64,000 bases of DNA from Microcystaceae cyanobacterium (lineage in GTDB: Bacteria > Cyanobacteriota > Cyanobacteriia > Cyanobacteriales > Microcystaceae). Positions 42,801 through 52,226 of the stretch are shown here, one piece after another. The translations under genes and the position numbers were made by a program. Where the stretch lies: positions 9,550-73,549 of the forward strand of contig JBGTGT010000055.1 of NCBI GenBank assembly GCA_041746575.1, given 5' to 3'. How positions within the stretch are numbered: position 1 is the stretch's first letter; every line of letters begins with the position of its first letter. The notes under the pieces were generated by a model. It worked only from the letters and a program-made list of their open reading frames with translations. It did not search any database and had not been told where the DNA came from.

Positions 42801-42957
42801 AGATATCTTTTAATTCTGCCAACTGCAAAGCAAATGGATTATAAGGAGGTAATTCATTCTTTTCTATTGCTGTTGTCTGGGGACGCCATGTTTCTCCCCA
42901 AATAAATAAATAACAATCGTCTGCTTGAACAATCCAACTACCATGTAAAGTTGCCAT
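39811..42957 (-). CDS. SNF2-family helicase
   Basis: LADDMGLGKT, DEAQ, LTGTPVEN, WWNPAVENQATDRAFRIGQ. Confidence 0.95.
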   Translation of the reverse strand: MATLHGSWIVQADDCYLFIWGETWRPQTTAIEKNELPPYNPFALQLAELKDILKKSLQFRKQGTWEKEIITLPTQESKKKNQVFPTLSTTVLQQDIDLNSLTYFSWQVEGMRLNVEVAIEFLINLPLNLLENNSLIGQDLQYWTHVYRWILDLVVRGKFLSGVHPKHPQSYWYPVIDSTIDQTRLAQFSQQMPRSCYAYECFLDQSDDKDEELNPQFLLSHFLIEILNAQVRQGITQVSTGTKPLMIQPFLQSLTHPSGDLDMATKSLKTLKNSLYNWTFSYQEYIINFENNQFKRNAFRLCLVLEPPSITSLEAGALNWKLLYHLQALDDPNCLISSAAIFNNPNPSLVAGNRILDNAPETLLKGLGMASRLYSPIADSLLQEIPYDCSLDPIQVYEFLRSTAWQLQNNGLGVILPHSLAEGTTERRLGVKLEAEVKLKKGEHLSLKSLLNYDLKLLIGDQIISIQDFNKLLAQRSPLVQVNGQWIALQPADVRAAQSILNQSYATENLTVEDALRLQIGVTQTLAKLPVVQFEATGILQELLNHLTNNEAVQPIDHPMGFKGTLRPYQGRGVGWLVFLEKWGLGACLADDMGLGKTLQLLGFLLHLKAENKLENPTLIVCPTSVINNWEREAQKFAPSLSVLVHHGSDRNSGKAFASRVKDKDIVITSYALVYRDLKTFVNISWQGIVLDEAQNIKNSQAKQSLAVRQLATGFRIALTGTPVENRLSELWSILDFLNPDFLGNKQFFQRRFATPIEKYGDQESLQILRSLVRPFILRRLKTDKSIIQDLPEKQEMTVFCGLSQEQAQLYQQLVEQSLATISGAEGIQRQGLILTLLMKLKQICNHPAHFNKEKSLDKSNRSGKILRLEEMLEEVIEEGDHALIFTQFSEWGKLLKSYLEKKFKQDVFWLYGATKREQRQAMVDRFQNDPSAPHLFILSLKAGGTGLNLTRANHVFHIDRWWNPAVENQATDRAFRIGQKQNVQVHKFVCSGTLEEKINEMLESKKQLAEQTIEAGENWLTQLDTAQLRNLLLLDRDTIIDDTEASS

Positions 42958-43068
42958 AAATTAAACAATGAAATAAAGAAATTTTAGAAAAACCTAATTT
43001 TTTCTCTTGGGAAATCTACGTTATATTGTAAGGGATACTTGTTCAATTTCTCAAGGGAATGCTATCTA

Positions 43069-44037
43069 ATGAATCCCAAGACAACTCGACGCAATTTACT
43101 ATTAGCCGGACTGTCCATGATAAGCAGTATGGCTTGTGAACAAACGAAAACCCCCTCTGTGAATGCAGTCACCCCTACCCCAGTCGCCACGATGCCTCAA
43201 CGTCTCTTAGGTCAAACGGGTCTCTCTCTTCCTATTTTAGGACTAGGAGGGGCAGGCAGAACCCCTTTGTCAAAATCAGGTCAAGAAAAGGCCGCCATTG
43301 AATTGATAGAAGCTGCTTTTCGCTTAGGAATTCGCTATTTTGATACGGCGGCCAATTATGGGCCGAGTGAAGACTATTTAGGACAAGGATTACGCCCTTA
43401 TCGTCGGCAAGTTATTCTAGCCAGTAAAACCGATCAACGCAACCGAGATGGGGCATGGCAAGAATTAGAGAAATCTCTCAAAAGATTGAATACAGATTAT
43501 TTAGATATATGGCAACTACATCATGTCTCTTTTAAAACAGAATTAGACCAAATTTTTCAGAAAAATGGTGCCATACAAGCCGTAAAAGAAGCACAAGAGC
43601 AAGGCGTAATTCGTCTAGCCGGTATTACAGGACACCACGAACCGGAGATTATTGTCGAGGGATTACGGCGTTATCCCTTTGATATGACGCTAATTTGTCT
43701 CAATGCAGCAGAAATTCATCATCCTCGTTCATTTGCTTCAACTGTACTTCCTGTGACACAAGAGAAAAACATTGGGGTTATTGCAATGAAAATTCCGGCC
43801 TATGGGCGGTTATTTCAACCGAATCTTTTAGAAAAGATGGATCAAGCGATGGGATATGTTCTATCGTTAAAAGGGGTTCATAGTTGTATCATTGCGGCGG
43901 AAAATGTGGCTCAATTAGAAAGTAATATTAAGGTGGCAGATGCTTACCAAATGTTAAGTCAAAATCAAATGAAAGAGATTGAACAAAAAACCGCTTCTGC
44001 TTGGCAAGAAATGACCTTTTTTCGTCAATGGACTTGA
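43069..44037 (+). CDS. Aldo/keto reductase with twin-arginine signal
   Basis: TTRRNLLL, FDTAANYG, LASK, LDIWQLH, IAMK. Confidence 0.85.
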   Translation: MNPKTTRRNLLLAGLSMISSMACEQTKTPSVNAVTPTPVATMPQRLLGQTGLSLPILGLGGAGRTPLSKSGQEKAAIELIEAAFRLGIRYFDTAANYGPSEDYLGQGLRPYRRQVILASKTDQRNRDGAWQELEKSLKRLNTDYLDIWQLHHVSFKTELDQIFQKNGAIQAVKEAQEQGVIRLAGITGHHEPEIIVEGLRRYPFDMTLICLNAAEIHHPRSFASTVLPVTQEKNIGVIAMKIPAYGRLFQPNLLEKMDQAMGYVLSLKGVHSCIIAAENVAQLESNIKVADAYQMLSQNQMKEIEQKTASAWQEMTFFRQWT

Positions 44038-44057
44038 TCAATTATGGAGTATAAATT

Positions 44058-44837
44058 ATGAATGACGAAAATTTAATTCGGTTATCTCAAGCGCATTTAA
44101 ACACTTTAGAAACTTGTCCCCCTCAATTTCAACGCTTATATTTAGATCAATTAAGTTCTTCAACGAATCCTGAGCAGTTAGAAAAAATTACTTGGGGTAG
44201 TCAATTTCACTTGCTAATGCAACAACACGCCTTAGGGTTATCGGTTCAAGATTTAGTTTTTTTGGATCAATCTTTAATCCAATCTTTGCAAGGATTATTA
44301 AGGGAAATTTCTCCAATTTGGGATCAGCCAAATGTATGGCAAGAAGCAGAACATCATCGAACTTTAACCTTTGAAAACTATTTGTTGACCGCCGTCTATG
44401 ATTTACTAATACTAGAAGAAAATTCTGCCCATATTTTAGACTGGAAAACCTATCCTAAACCCGAGCAAAAAGATCGCTTAGTTAAGAATTGGCAAACTCG
44501 CTTATATCCCTATATACTTGCGGAAACTTCTTCCTATTTACCTAAGCAAATTTCGATGACTTATTGGTTTGTTCAATTACCTGATAAACCTCAAAGTATC
44601 ACATTTAAATATGACTTACGGCAACATCAAAAAAACCAAAGAGACTTACAGAATTTAATTAAATTACTGAGTCATTATTTAGAAAGCTATCAAAACAATA
44701 AGCTCGATTTTCCCCATCACTCTAATTGTGAAACGTTTTGCCCTAATGCCGCTTTTTTGTGGGCAGAAAAGACTCAAGAATCCTTAAGCCAACAATTATT
44801 ACAAGAACTTGACTCCATCGAAGAAGTCATGATTTAA
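44058..44837 (+). CDS. PD-(D/E)XK nuclease (RecB/AddB C-terminal-like)
   Basis: CPPQFQ, YDLLI, ILDWKT, WQTRLY, CETFC. Confidence 0.8.
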   Translation: MNDENLIRLSQAHLNTLETCPPQFQRLYLDQLSSSTNPEQLEKITWGSQFHLLMQQHALGLSVQDLVFLDQSLIQSLQGLLREISPIWDQPNVWQEAEHHRTLTFENYLLTAVYDLLILEENSAHILDWKTYPKPEQKDRLVKNWQTRLYPYILAETSSYLPKQISMTYWFVQLPDKPQSITFKYDLRQHQKNQRDLQNLIKLLSHYLESYQNNKLDFPHHSNCETFCPNAAFLWAEKTQESLSQQLLQELDSIEEVMI

Positions 44838-44847
44838 TTCATAAAAA

Positions 44848-46893
44848 TTAAGTCAAAATTTTTGCTAAAAAAGCCCACTTATCGGCGATTTCTTCAATAA
44901 TTTTGCTCGTGGGTTTTCCGGCACCATGGCCGGCTTTAGTTTCAATCCGTATTAAAATGGGATTATTTCCTTGGTGTGCAGATTGTAAGGTTGCCGTAAA
45001 CTTAAAACTATGAGCAGGAACAACGCGATCATCATGATCTGCTGTTGTAATTAAAGTAGCAGGATAGGCAATTCTTTCTTTGATATTATGCAAAGGAGAA
45101 TAGGCATAAAGGGTTTTAAAATCTTCTTCAATGGCAGGATCTCCATATTCAGAACACCAAGCCCAACCAATAGTAAATTGATTAAAGCGTAGCATATCCA
45201 TGACCCCTACTGAAGGCAAAGCGGCGGCGAATAATTCGGGTTTTTGAGTGATACAAGCACCCACCAATAAACCGCCATTACTCCCCCCTCCTATGGCAAG
45301 TTTTTGCGAAGATGTATATTGATTTTTAATTAACCATTTTGCCGCCGCAATAAAGTCATTAAATACATTTTGTTTATGCTGCTTCATGCCGGCTTGGTGC
45401 CACATTTCTCCATATTCTCCTCCTCCTCTCAAGTTAGCAACGGCGTAAATTCCTCCCCTTTCCATCCAGACCAAATTACTGACAGAAAAATTAGGCGTTA
45501 AAGAGACATTAAACCCGCCGTAACCATAAAGATAGGTGGGATTATTTCCATTTTTTACTAAGCCTTTTTTATAGGTTAAAAATAGAGGAATTGATGTACC
45601 GTCTTTACTGAGATAAAAAATTTGTTCAATTTCGTAATCATTCGGATTAAAGTTAACATTGGGTTGACGAAATAAGGTACTTTTGCCTGTTGTTAAATCA
45701 TAACGGTAAATCGTGCTGGGAGTCGTGAAATTAGTAAACGAATAGAAGGTTTCAGTATCGTTTTTTTGACCATTAAAACCATTAACTGTACCAATACTGA
45801 GTAATTGAATTTCCCCCATGAATTGACCTTGAAGGTTAAAAATTTTCACTTCAGAATGAGCGTCTTTGAGATAATTAACGATAAATTGATTATTAAGTAA
45901 AGAAACATCTTCTAACGTTTCTTCTGCTTCTGGGATAATCTCTATCCAATGATCCTTATCAGGCTGATTAATATTAATAGCAATCACTCGACCTTTGGGG
46001 GCATCTAAATCGGTTTGAAACCAAAAAAGACTTCCTTCATTGTCGATAAATTGATAGCTTGCCTCAAAGTCACAAATCAATTCTTTAATCGGGGTATTTT
46101 CTGATTGTAAATCTTGATAAAAAATCAGACATTTAGGATCTGTACCACGCCAAACTGTAATAATCAAATATTGTCCATCATCAGTCACAAAGCCATCAAA
46201 TCCCCATTCTTTTTGGTCTAAACGTTGGTAAATTAAAACATCTTGATCTTGAGGTGTTCCTAAGAAATGATAGTAGAGCTTTTGATAATAATTGATGTCC
46301 TCAAGTTTTGTGTCTGGGTTGGGTTGATCGTAGCGACTGTAATAGAATCCTTGATGATCTTGTGTCCATGATACTCCAGAAAATTTCACCCACTTGATCT
46401 GATCCTCCAAGTCTATTTTAGTTTCAATCGTTTTTACTTTCCACTCGACCCAATCTGAACCTGATTGAGAAAGCCCATAAGCTAAATATTGACCATTCTC
46501 ACTAATAGATAAACCTGCAAGTGAAACGGTTCCATCTTCCGATAAGGTATTGGGATCTAGTAAGATTTCTGGTTTATCTTCCAAACTTTTCAGCGTATAA
46601 AGAACACTTTGATTTTGCAGTCCATCATTTTTAAAATAGAAATAACGATCGCCTTTTTTAAAAGGAATACTATATTTCTCATAATCCCAAAGCTCTGTTA
46701 ATCTTTGCTTAATTGGCTCTCGTTCTGCAATTTGTTCTAAATAATTAAAAGTTAATTCATTTTGCGCTTCTATCCAAGCTTGGGTTTCTTCTGTATCAGG
46801 ATTTTCTAACCAACGATAGGGATCTTTAACCGCATTTCCGTGATAAATATCGACCTGATTGTCTTGACGTGTAGAGGGATAAGAGAAAACCAT
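44848..46893 (-). CDS. Prolyl oligopeptidase (S9A)
   Basis: DPYRWLE, GGSNGG, DHDDRV, AGHGAGK. Confidence 0.95.
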   Translation of the reverse strand: MVFSYPSTRQDNQVDIYHGNAVKDPYRWLENPDTEETQAWIEAQNELTFNYLEQIAEREPIKQRLTELWDYEKYSIPFKKGDRYFYFKNDGLQNQSVLYTLKSLEDKPEILLDPNTLSEDGTVSLAGLSISENGQYLAYGLSQSGSDWVEWKVKTIETKIDLEDQIKWVKFSGVSWTQDHQGFYYSRYDQPNPDTKLEDINYYQKLYYHFLGTPQDQDVLIYQRLDQKEWGFDGFVTDDGQYLIITVWRGTDPKCLIFYQDLQSENTPIKELICDFEASYQFIDNEGSLFWFQTDLDAPKGRVIAININQPDKDHWIEIIPEAEETLEDVSLLNNQFIVNYLKDAHSEVKIFNLQGQFMGEIQLLSIGTVNGFNGQKNDTETFYSFTNFTTPSTIYRYDLTTGKSTLFRQPNVNFNPNDYEIEQIFYLSKDGTSIPLFLTYKKGLVKNGNNPTYLYGYGGFNVSLTPNFSVSNLVWMERGGIYAVANLRGGGEYGEMWHQAGMKQHKQNVFNDFIAAAKWLIKNQYTSSQKLAIGGGSNGGLLVGACITQKPELFAAALPSVGVMDMLRFNQFTIGWAWCSEYGDPAIEEDFKTLYAYSPLHNIKERIAYPATLITTADHDDRVVPAHSFKFTATLQSAHQGNNPILIRIETKAGHGAGKPTSKIIEEIADKWAFLAKILT

Positions 46894-47009
46894 TTTTTAG
46901 ATCAGATAAAAATTCTTTTTTATTTTAACGGATTTTATGGCTGTCGCATTCCGCTTCTTTGCTAAAATTCTAAATAGATAATATTTTCTAATTATGAAAT
47001 TTTATAATT

Positions 47010-47225
47010 ATGAACCAAAGTACAACGAAAACGCCGGAATATATTAAACTGGATCAGTTTCTCAAAAAATTAGGTCTCGTCAGTACGGGAGGTGAGGCGA
47101 AATTTCGTATTCAATCTGGAGATGTTAAAGTTAATGGGCAAATTGAAACCCGACGCGGACGTAAGTTAATTGTAGGGGATCAAATAGAGATTGACCATGA
47201 TGATTATGTCGTTGAAGAATTATAA
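47010..47225 (+). CDS. S4-domain RNA-binding protein (YaaA/YbcJ-like)
   Basis: IKLDQFLK, TGGEAK, ETRRGRKL. Confidence 0.9.
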   Translation: MNQSTTKTPEYIKLDQFLKKLGLVSTGGEAKFRIQSGDVKVNGQIETRRGRKLIVGDQIEIDHDDYVVEEL

Positions 47226-47875
47226 GGATTGATGATAATTGACTTTTGGGTTTCTGAGGAAGAATCAAAAGATGATAAATCTAGACACTGATTAAATAAA
47301 TATTTCAAGTTGCGGTTAATATTCTGGGCTAATTCTTGATCTTCTGATGCTTCTCCGAGTTTAACAAATTCATCATCTTCTAAGGATTTTTCCCAAAACG
47401 TTTCATAAAGCATTTGAATAGGATCGAGATAGAATTCTTTTAAGTTTTTAGAGACATATTCCTTAAAACAAGAATACCAAAAAATAAGGGGGACAGAAAT
47501 ATCAATCAATCCTTCTATTGTTCCTTGATCGCTAATATTTTCGATATTTTCTAAAAGCTCTATCAAATCCATGTAAATAGGTTCTAAAAGGTATTCAGAT
47601 AACATCGCTTGATCTTTAGGACGATACTGTCGCATATAGTCTTGTAACCATTGTTGGCTTTTGCTTTTGTTTTGTTGAAACTCTTCAGTAGGACAATGTA
47701 AAACTAAATACTGATCTTCGTATTGATTTCCTAAATATTCTTCTAATATTTCATACCATTCGTCTTCTAATTTTTCGGCATGAAATTGTAAATCTTCTGT
47801 TCCTTTAATGATAAGATGGGTTTTCTTACCATATTCATCGCCTAATAATTGTTTTCTGCGTTTTGCTTCTCCCAT
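47204..47875 (-). CDS. Hypothetical acidic protein (MGEAKRRK N-terminus)
   Basis: 223-aa ORF; overlaps the 3' end of the S4 gene convergently. Confidence 0.65.
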   Translation of the reverse strand: MGEAKRRKQLLGDEYGKKTHLIIKGTEDLQFHAEKLEDEWYEILEEYLGNQYEDQYLVLHCPTEEFQQNKSKSQQWLQDYMRQYRPKDQAMLSEYLLEPIYMDLIELLENIENISDQGTIEGLIDISVPLIFWYSCFKEYVSKNLKEFYLDPIQMLYETFWEKSLEDDEFVKLGEASEDQELAQNINRNLKYLFNQCLDLSSFDSSSETQKSIIINPYNSSTT

Positions 47876-48041
47876 CTTTATTTACCTAATCTAATGATCA
47901 TAACTATTGTACTGGGCTGACCGAACTTAAGCAATCGCTCCTCAACAGAATGTTAACAAATCGATTGAGTTCTTTCCGAGTTTTTTACTTCTTTTGTTTA
48001 GAATTAACGATGACATTTTTAAATATAACAGGATAGCAAAA

Positions 48042-48551
48042 ATGATTAATCCCTTCAAACCGTTTAATTTAGGAATTATTGCTGGATTCGTGGGTACAGT
48101 AGCACTTGGATTGACTTCAACTACCCAAGCACAAGAGTCTGTTTCTCAAGAACAAAAAAATGCGCTAGAGATTGCGACTCAATTAACCACACAACAACAA
48201 CCCTATTATCAAAAAAATGGTGAATTTAATACCGATGTCAAAAAACTGGCTAAAGAGTTAGATATCACATTACCTTCTAGCTTCAACTATGGTATTCGGA
48301 CTGGCTTTGAGTCTGCTTATATTTATGTAATGCCCGCCAAAACGGATCTCGCTGAGCAATTAAAATCTTATATTGGTGCGGCTTTTATCAATCCTAATAA
48401 TAAGTCAGAAATGATCAGCATTCTCTGCGAAAATACTAAATTAGGGCGGATGCGTCCTGCCGATCCCAAATTATTGATGAGTGGTGATCAACCGACGTTA
48501 GAATGTGGAGAAGGATCTGCTGCTGTACCCATTTCTGAAGCGAAAAAATAA
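48042..48551 (+). CDS. Type IV pilin-like G/H-family exported protein
   Basis: Signal peptide, QQPYYQKNGEF, LKSYIGAAF, SILCE...C. Confidence 0.7.
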   Translation: MINPFKPFNLGIIAGFVGTVALGLTSTTQAQESVSQEQKNALEIATQLTTQQQPYYQKNGEFNTDVKKLAKELDITLPSSFNYGIRTGFESAYIYVMPAKTDLAEQLKSYIGAAFINPNNKSEMISILCENTKLGRMRPADPKLLMSGDQPTLECGEGSAAVPISEAKK

Positions 48552-48601
48552 CTTTTCTTAAAATATTTAAGTCACTTTGTATTAAATTGTAAATTGAATT
48601 T

Positions 48602-48637
48602 AAGGTGCAGATATCTCTGCATCTTTTTATTTTTTTA
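48602..48637 (+). terminator. Intrinsic terminator
   Basis: AAGGTGCAGA-TATC-TCTGCATCTT plus T-rich tail. Confidence 0.6.
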
Positions 48638-49039
48638 TTGTGCAGTTCGCAACTTGATGAGGTACACAATTAATAGTGGGGGTGCAAGGCTTGACGAATT
48701 TGTTGGAATTATTGTTCATCGGAGGTTTTAGGGATTTTTTCCCTGTTTTGGGTAACATTGCTGTCGGTTGAGGAGCAAGCAGTTGAGATCACCCTAAAAG
48801 AAAGCAAATTCAAAGATAATTTTTGTAAAATTATGATAAATATATCAAAATCGAAGCTTAGAACCTTTTTGGGCAGTTTTAGTGGCGACTAATGGGACTT
48901 TTCTACCTCAGGCTAGAATGGATTATCAAATCATTAAGAAATATTACAGTTTTCCGGAGCATTTATATAACCTGATGTAGCCTTCAAGTATCCGAACGCG
49001 GACGTACCAACTTTATTTTTGTTCCACGGGAAAACGGAC

Positions 49040-49930
49040 ATGACTACACACACAAAACCGACTGACTCTTCTCCATCTCTGAAAAATAAAATTTTTTCGC
49101 TTACTATTGCTGATTTGCTAGCAATAATAATTGGTGCAATTTTACTCTATCTTGGAATTCAGATGACGGACATCAAGAAAGATGAAAATGCTCAATTTGA
49201 AATAGCTCATTCTCCCTTTACTGCCTCTGTGGTAATTGGATTGGGTAGTGCATTAATTATTTATCGTTTACTAGGTGGCATTGATAAAGATTCGATTAAT
49301 GTAAAGGGGAAAATTTTTGGATTAGATATTGAATCAGTTGGTGGAATAGCGACTTTTATAGTGATTTTTGCAGGCGGCTCTTTGTTACTTCCTAAAGAAA
49401 TGCGGAAACCTGAATTAACTTATAAACCTGATAATTATCCCTTGGTCATTCTTGATCATAATGGAAAAACGGTATCAACAATTAAGATCAATAGTAGCTT
49501 CGGTAGTATTTCCACAGATAAAACGATTACGGTTTCTCCAGAATTTGTTAATCAAGTAAAAGAAATTTGTCAACAGGAAGAAGGATTTTGTGCGCCAGAA
49601 GTTAAGGAAGTTGTCTTTTTTATTAACCCCGATTTAGGTCAAACCAATCAAGGATTATCTATACCTTATGCTAGCGTTTGTCCCCGTCATAAATGGGATT
49701 CACGTGCTTTACTAATCCATACTAAAGATCATCTACCTATCCGGGTTAAGCCACTCTCCAATCGAGATTGTTCTAGTACTGAAAACCCACCCATTATTGA
49801 AATTGATCCTGTGACTGCCAGAAAACTAGATGTTGATAATGGAGTTAAAGGCAGTGCTGAAACTGCACCTAAAGAGTTAGCTGTTCCCATAAATCCAACG
49901 CAAATAGTTACAAGAGTCTCAACAAATTAA
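49040..49930 (+). CDS. Hypothetical membrane protein (3 TMs plus Cys-containing domain)
   Basis: Three hydrophobic segments, four Cys in C-terminal half. Confidence 0.7.
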   Translation: MTTHTKPTDSSPSLKNKIFSLTIADLLAIIIGAILLYLGIQMTDIKKDENAQFEIAHSPFTASVVIGLGSALIIYRLLGGIDKDSINVKGKIFGLDIESVGGIATFIVIFAGGSLLLPKEMRKPELTYKPDNYPLVILDHNGKTVSTIKINSSFGSISTDKTITVSPEFVNQVKEICQQEEGFCAPEVKEVVFFINPDLGQTNQGLSIPYASVCPRHKWDSRALLIHTKDHLPIRVKPLSNRDCSSTENPPIIEIDPVTARKLDVDNGVKGSAETAPKELAVPINPTQIVTRVSTN

Positions 49931-49986
49931 TTATTTTTGAGCAAGTTATAACCAAGTATATTGCTAATAACTAAGAGGAAAATTCC

Positions 49987-50133
49987 ATGAAACAGATTTT
50001 GTTGACTTTCATCTTTTTCATCAATCTTACAACGGTTGCCTATGCTGACTGTATTTTTGAAGGAGTTAGTTATCCCGAAGGTACGAGATTAGGTAGCTTG
50101 ATCTGTAAAGATGGAACTTGGCAACCGAGATAA
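49987..50133 (+). CDS. Small secreted two-Cys peptide (48 aa)
   Basis: Hand translation MKQILLTFIFFINLTTVAYA-DCIFEGVSYPEGTRLGSLICKDGTWQPR; GAGGA RBS. Confidence 0.65.
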   Translation: MKQILLTFIFFINLTTVAYADCIFEGVSYPEGTRLGSLICKDGTWQPR

Positions 50134-50156
50134 TAATGACACCCATTTAACTTTAG

Positions 50157-50184
50157 GTAGAGATGTTTCATGAAATGTCTCTAC
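50157..50184. repeat. GTAG-type REP-like palindrome
   Basis: GTAGAGATGTTTCATGAAATGTCTCTAC; weaker relatives near 18948 and 22898. Confidence 0.6.
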
Positions 50185-50196
50185 ACTCGTTTTTAT

Positions 50197-50437
50197 CTAT
50201 AAAATCCATTCAACTGCCCAATCAGAGACAACCTTAGTCATTTTCGTTAAATTTTGCGGATCAAGATGGGGACATACCCCTAAGACAGGAATTTGCGTTA
50301 AAGACTCAATTAAATCAATAGGCGTCCAATTTGCTAAGTCTTCCCCTGAAGCCCCATTGACATCGCTTAAGATAATCCCTTTTAAAGCAATCTTGCAAGA
50401 ACGGGCGTAATTTACGTTAACCACCGCTTGAGCGATC
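50197..50437 (-). pseudogene. Displaced duplicate of the bioD 3' end (241 bp)
   Basis: Colinear with 51353..51593, about 20 mismatches by eye; ends within HIP1 (GCGATC). Confidence 0.9.
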
Positions 50438-50530
50438 AACTCAATGATTAAGCATTACCCATCATGGCAGTCTCACGCTCTTAAATTTAAGGTAGAATAT
50501 AGAATATAGTAAGTTTATTTTATCTTGACA

Positions 50531-50773
50531 ATGAATACACAAACTTCAATTAGTCAACGATTAAGCTTAGCCGAAATTTATCAATTCTATCCTAATCAGT
50601 GGGTTTTAGTGATTGATCCTAAATTAGATGATGACTTAAATATTATTGATGGACAAGTTATTTATGTCACTTCTAATAAAGAGGATTTATATAATTATTT
50701 ACATCTAAGTGGTGAATATAATTCTGCTTTAGAATATACGGGGGACGATGATGAAATAGGTTTATTAATATAA
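50531..50773 (+). CDS. Small acidic protein paired with retropepsin-like protease
   Basis: EIYQFYPNQWVLV motif, LEYTG; 2 nt from the next gene. Confidence 0.65.
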   Translation: MNTQTSISQRLSLAEIYQFYPNQWVLVIDPKLDDDLNIIDGQVIYVTSNKEDLYNYLHLSGEYNSALEYTGDDDEIGLLI

Positions 50774-50775
50774 TC

Positions 50776-51186
50776 ATGAGTCAGAAAAAAATTTATCGTT
50801 TATCTCGCTACGGTATTAACTTACTAAAAACGAAAGCAGTTATTAGTGATGTAAATCAAAAACGTTATCAATATTTTTCTTTATTAATAGATACAGGTTC
50901 AAGTTTTACAATTCTTCCTCGTCGAGTTTTAGAACATTTAGGGTATAATTTAGATCAACCGATTCGCTATCAATCTTTAATAACGGGACAAGGTAATACA
51001 TCTCCTTTACCTATTATTCGGGTAGTTTGGCTTAATTGTTTAGGTCATTTAATAGAAGATTTCGAGGTTATTGTTTATGATATTCCTAACACTTTACAAG
51101 TAAATGGTTTATTGAGAATGGATTTTCTAAAGCAAACAAAAGCAATTTTATCTTTAGAACAAGGAGAGATTTATTTTAAATCTTAA
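50776..51186 (+). CDS. Retropepsin-like aspartic protease
   Basis: LIDTGSSFT; second motif reads GLLRMDFL rather than GLLGMDFL. Confidence 0.8.
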   Translation: MSQKKIYRLSRYGINLLKTKAVISDVNQKRYQYFSLLIDTGSSFTILPRRVLEHLGYNLDQPIRYQSLITGQGNTSPLPIIRVVWLNCLGHLIEDFEVIVYDIPNTLQVNGLLRMDFLKQTKAILSLEQGEIYFKS

Positions 51187-51352
51187 GTTATCGTAAATTT
51201 TGAGCTTTTTTAAAAGTGATAAAGTGGGTATAAGCATCCTATAAAACCTATTTAATATTCGCATTAAACGGGGTTAAGTTCTCGTTTACTCGGATTTCTC
51301 AATTGAATTTGACCGAAAGCTAAACCCATTTTACCCTCAACTTTTTAGATAA

Positions 51353-52024
51353 TTAAAAGATCCATTCAACTGCCCAATCAGAAACAATATTCGGCATTTC
51401 TATTAAATTTTGCGGATCAAGATGGGGACATATTCCTAAAACAGGAATTTGCGTTAAAGACTCAATTAAATCAATAGGCGTCCAATTTGCTAAGTCTTCT
51501 GGCGAAACGCCATTGACATCGCTTAAGATAATCCCTTTTAAAGCAATCTTGCAAGAACGGGCGTAATTTACGTTAACCACCGCTTGAGCGATCGCTCCTA
51601 ATTTGACAGGAACAACTAAGATAATAGGGAGGTGCCAAGATCCCGCGAGATCCCCAAGGGTTAATTCATCGGTGACGGGTGATCCTAAGCCTCCTAAGCC
51701 TTCTATGAGCGTAAAGGGATGTTTTTGAGTCACATTATTAAACGCTTGCCAAACGACCTTTAAATCAATGGATTTACCCTCTTTTGCCGCCGATAAAGGA
51801 GGAGCTAAAGGTTCAGCAAAACGGAGAGGTGTAATCACCTCAATTTGAGGATTTTCTGCAAAAAGTGAGCGATAATGTTCCTCATCCCCCATTCCCGTCT
51901 GCATCAACTTTATTAATCCCATTGTCTCTTTCGGACGATAGGTTAAATAATAAGATGCTAGAGCAGTGGTGACCATCGTTTTGCCCACACCTGTATCTGT
52001 TCCTGCAATGAGTAAAGCTGTCAT
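51353..52024 (-). CDS. bioD: Dethiobiotin synthase
   Basis: GTDTGVGKT, PLAPPL, IEGLGGLGSP. Confidence 0.92.
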   Translation of the reverse strand: MTALLIAGTDTGVGKTMVTTALASYYLTYRPKETMGLIKLMQTGMGDEEHYRSLFAENPQIEVITPLRFAEPLAPPLSAAKEGKSIDLKVVWQAFNNVTQKHPFTLIEGLGGLGSPVTDELTLGDLAGSWHLPIILVVPVKLGAIAQAVVNVNYARSCKIALKGIILSDVNGVSPEDLANWTPIDLIESLTQIPVLGICPHLDPQNLIEMPNIVSDWAVEWIF

Positions 52025-52025
52025 T

Positions 52026-52067
52026 TAGAATAAAATAAAATAAATTGACCTAAGATTAAGCATAAAT
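52026..52067. repeat. 42-bp direct repeat, copy 1
   Basis: TAGAATAAAATAAAATAAATTGACCTAAGATTAAGCATAAAT identical to 53330..53371. Confidence 0.9.
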
Positions 52068-52226
52068 TAGTCAGATGCTACTAATCAATATCATTAATCC
52101 TAATTCCTATTCGTCGTTTCTTGCTGTATTGAACCTAATCTCTGGCTATATCGCTTGATTATCAACCCTCATGATTAAGTTAATATACTAGAAATGTAGA
52201 GATTAATCATCATTGCAATTGCAGAT

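Noticed and set aside
44058..44837. Cas4 / CRISPR locus
   Set aside because: Solo PD-(D/E)XK nuclease among housekeeping genes; no array or cas1/cas2.
48670..48800. Possible lipoprotein gene remnant on the minus strand
   Set aside because: Short, interrupted, no recognisable family.
19046..51593. Duplicated 3' ends as DGR template/variable repeats
   Set aside because: Mismatches are not adenine-specific and no reverse transcriptase is in the window.
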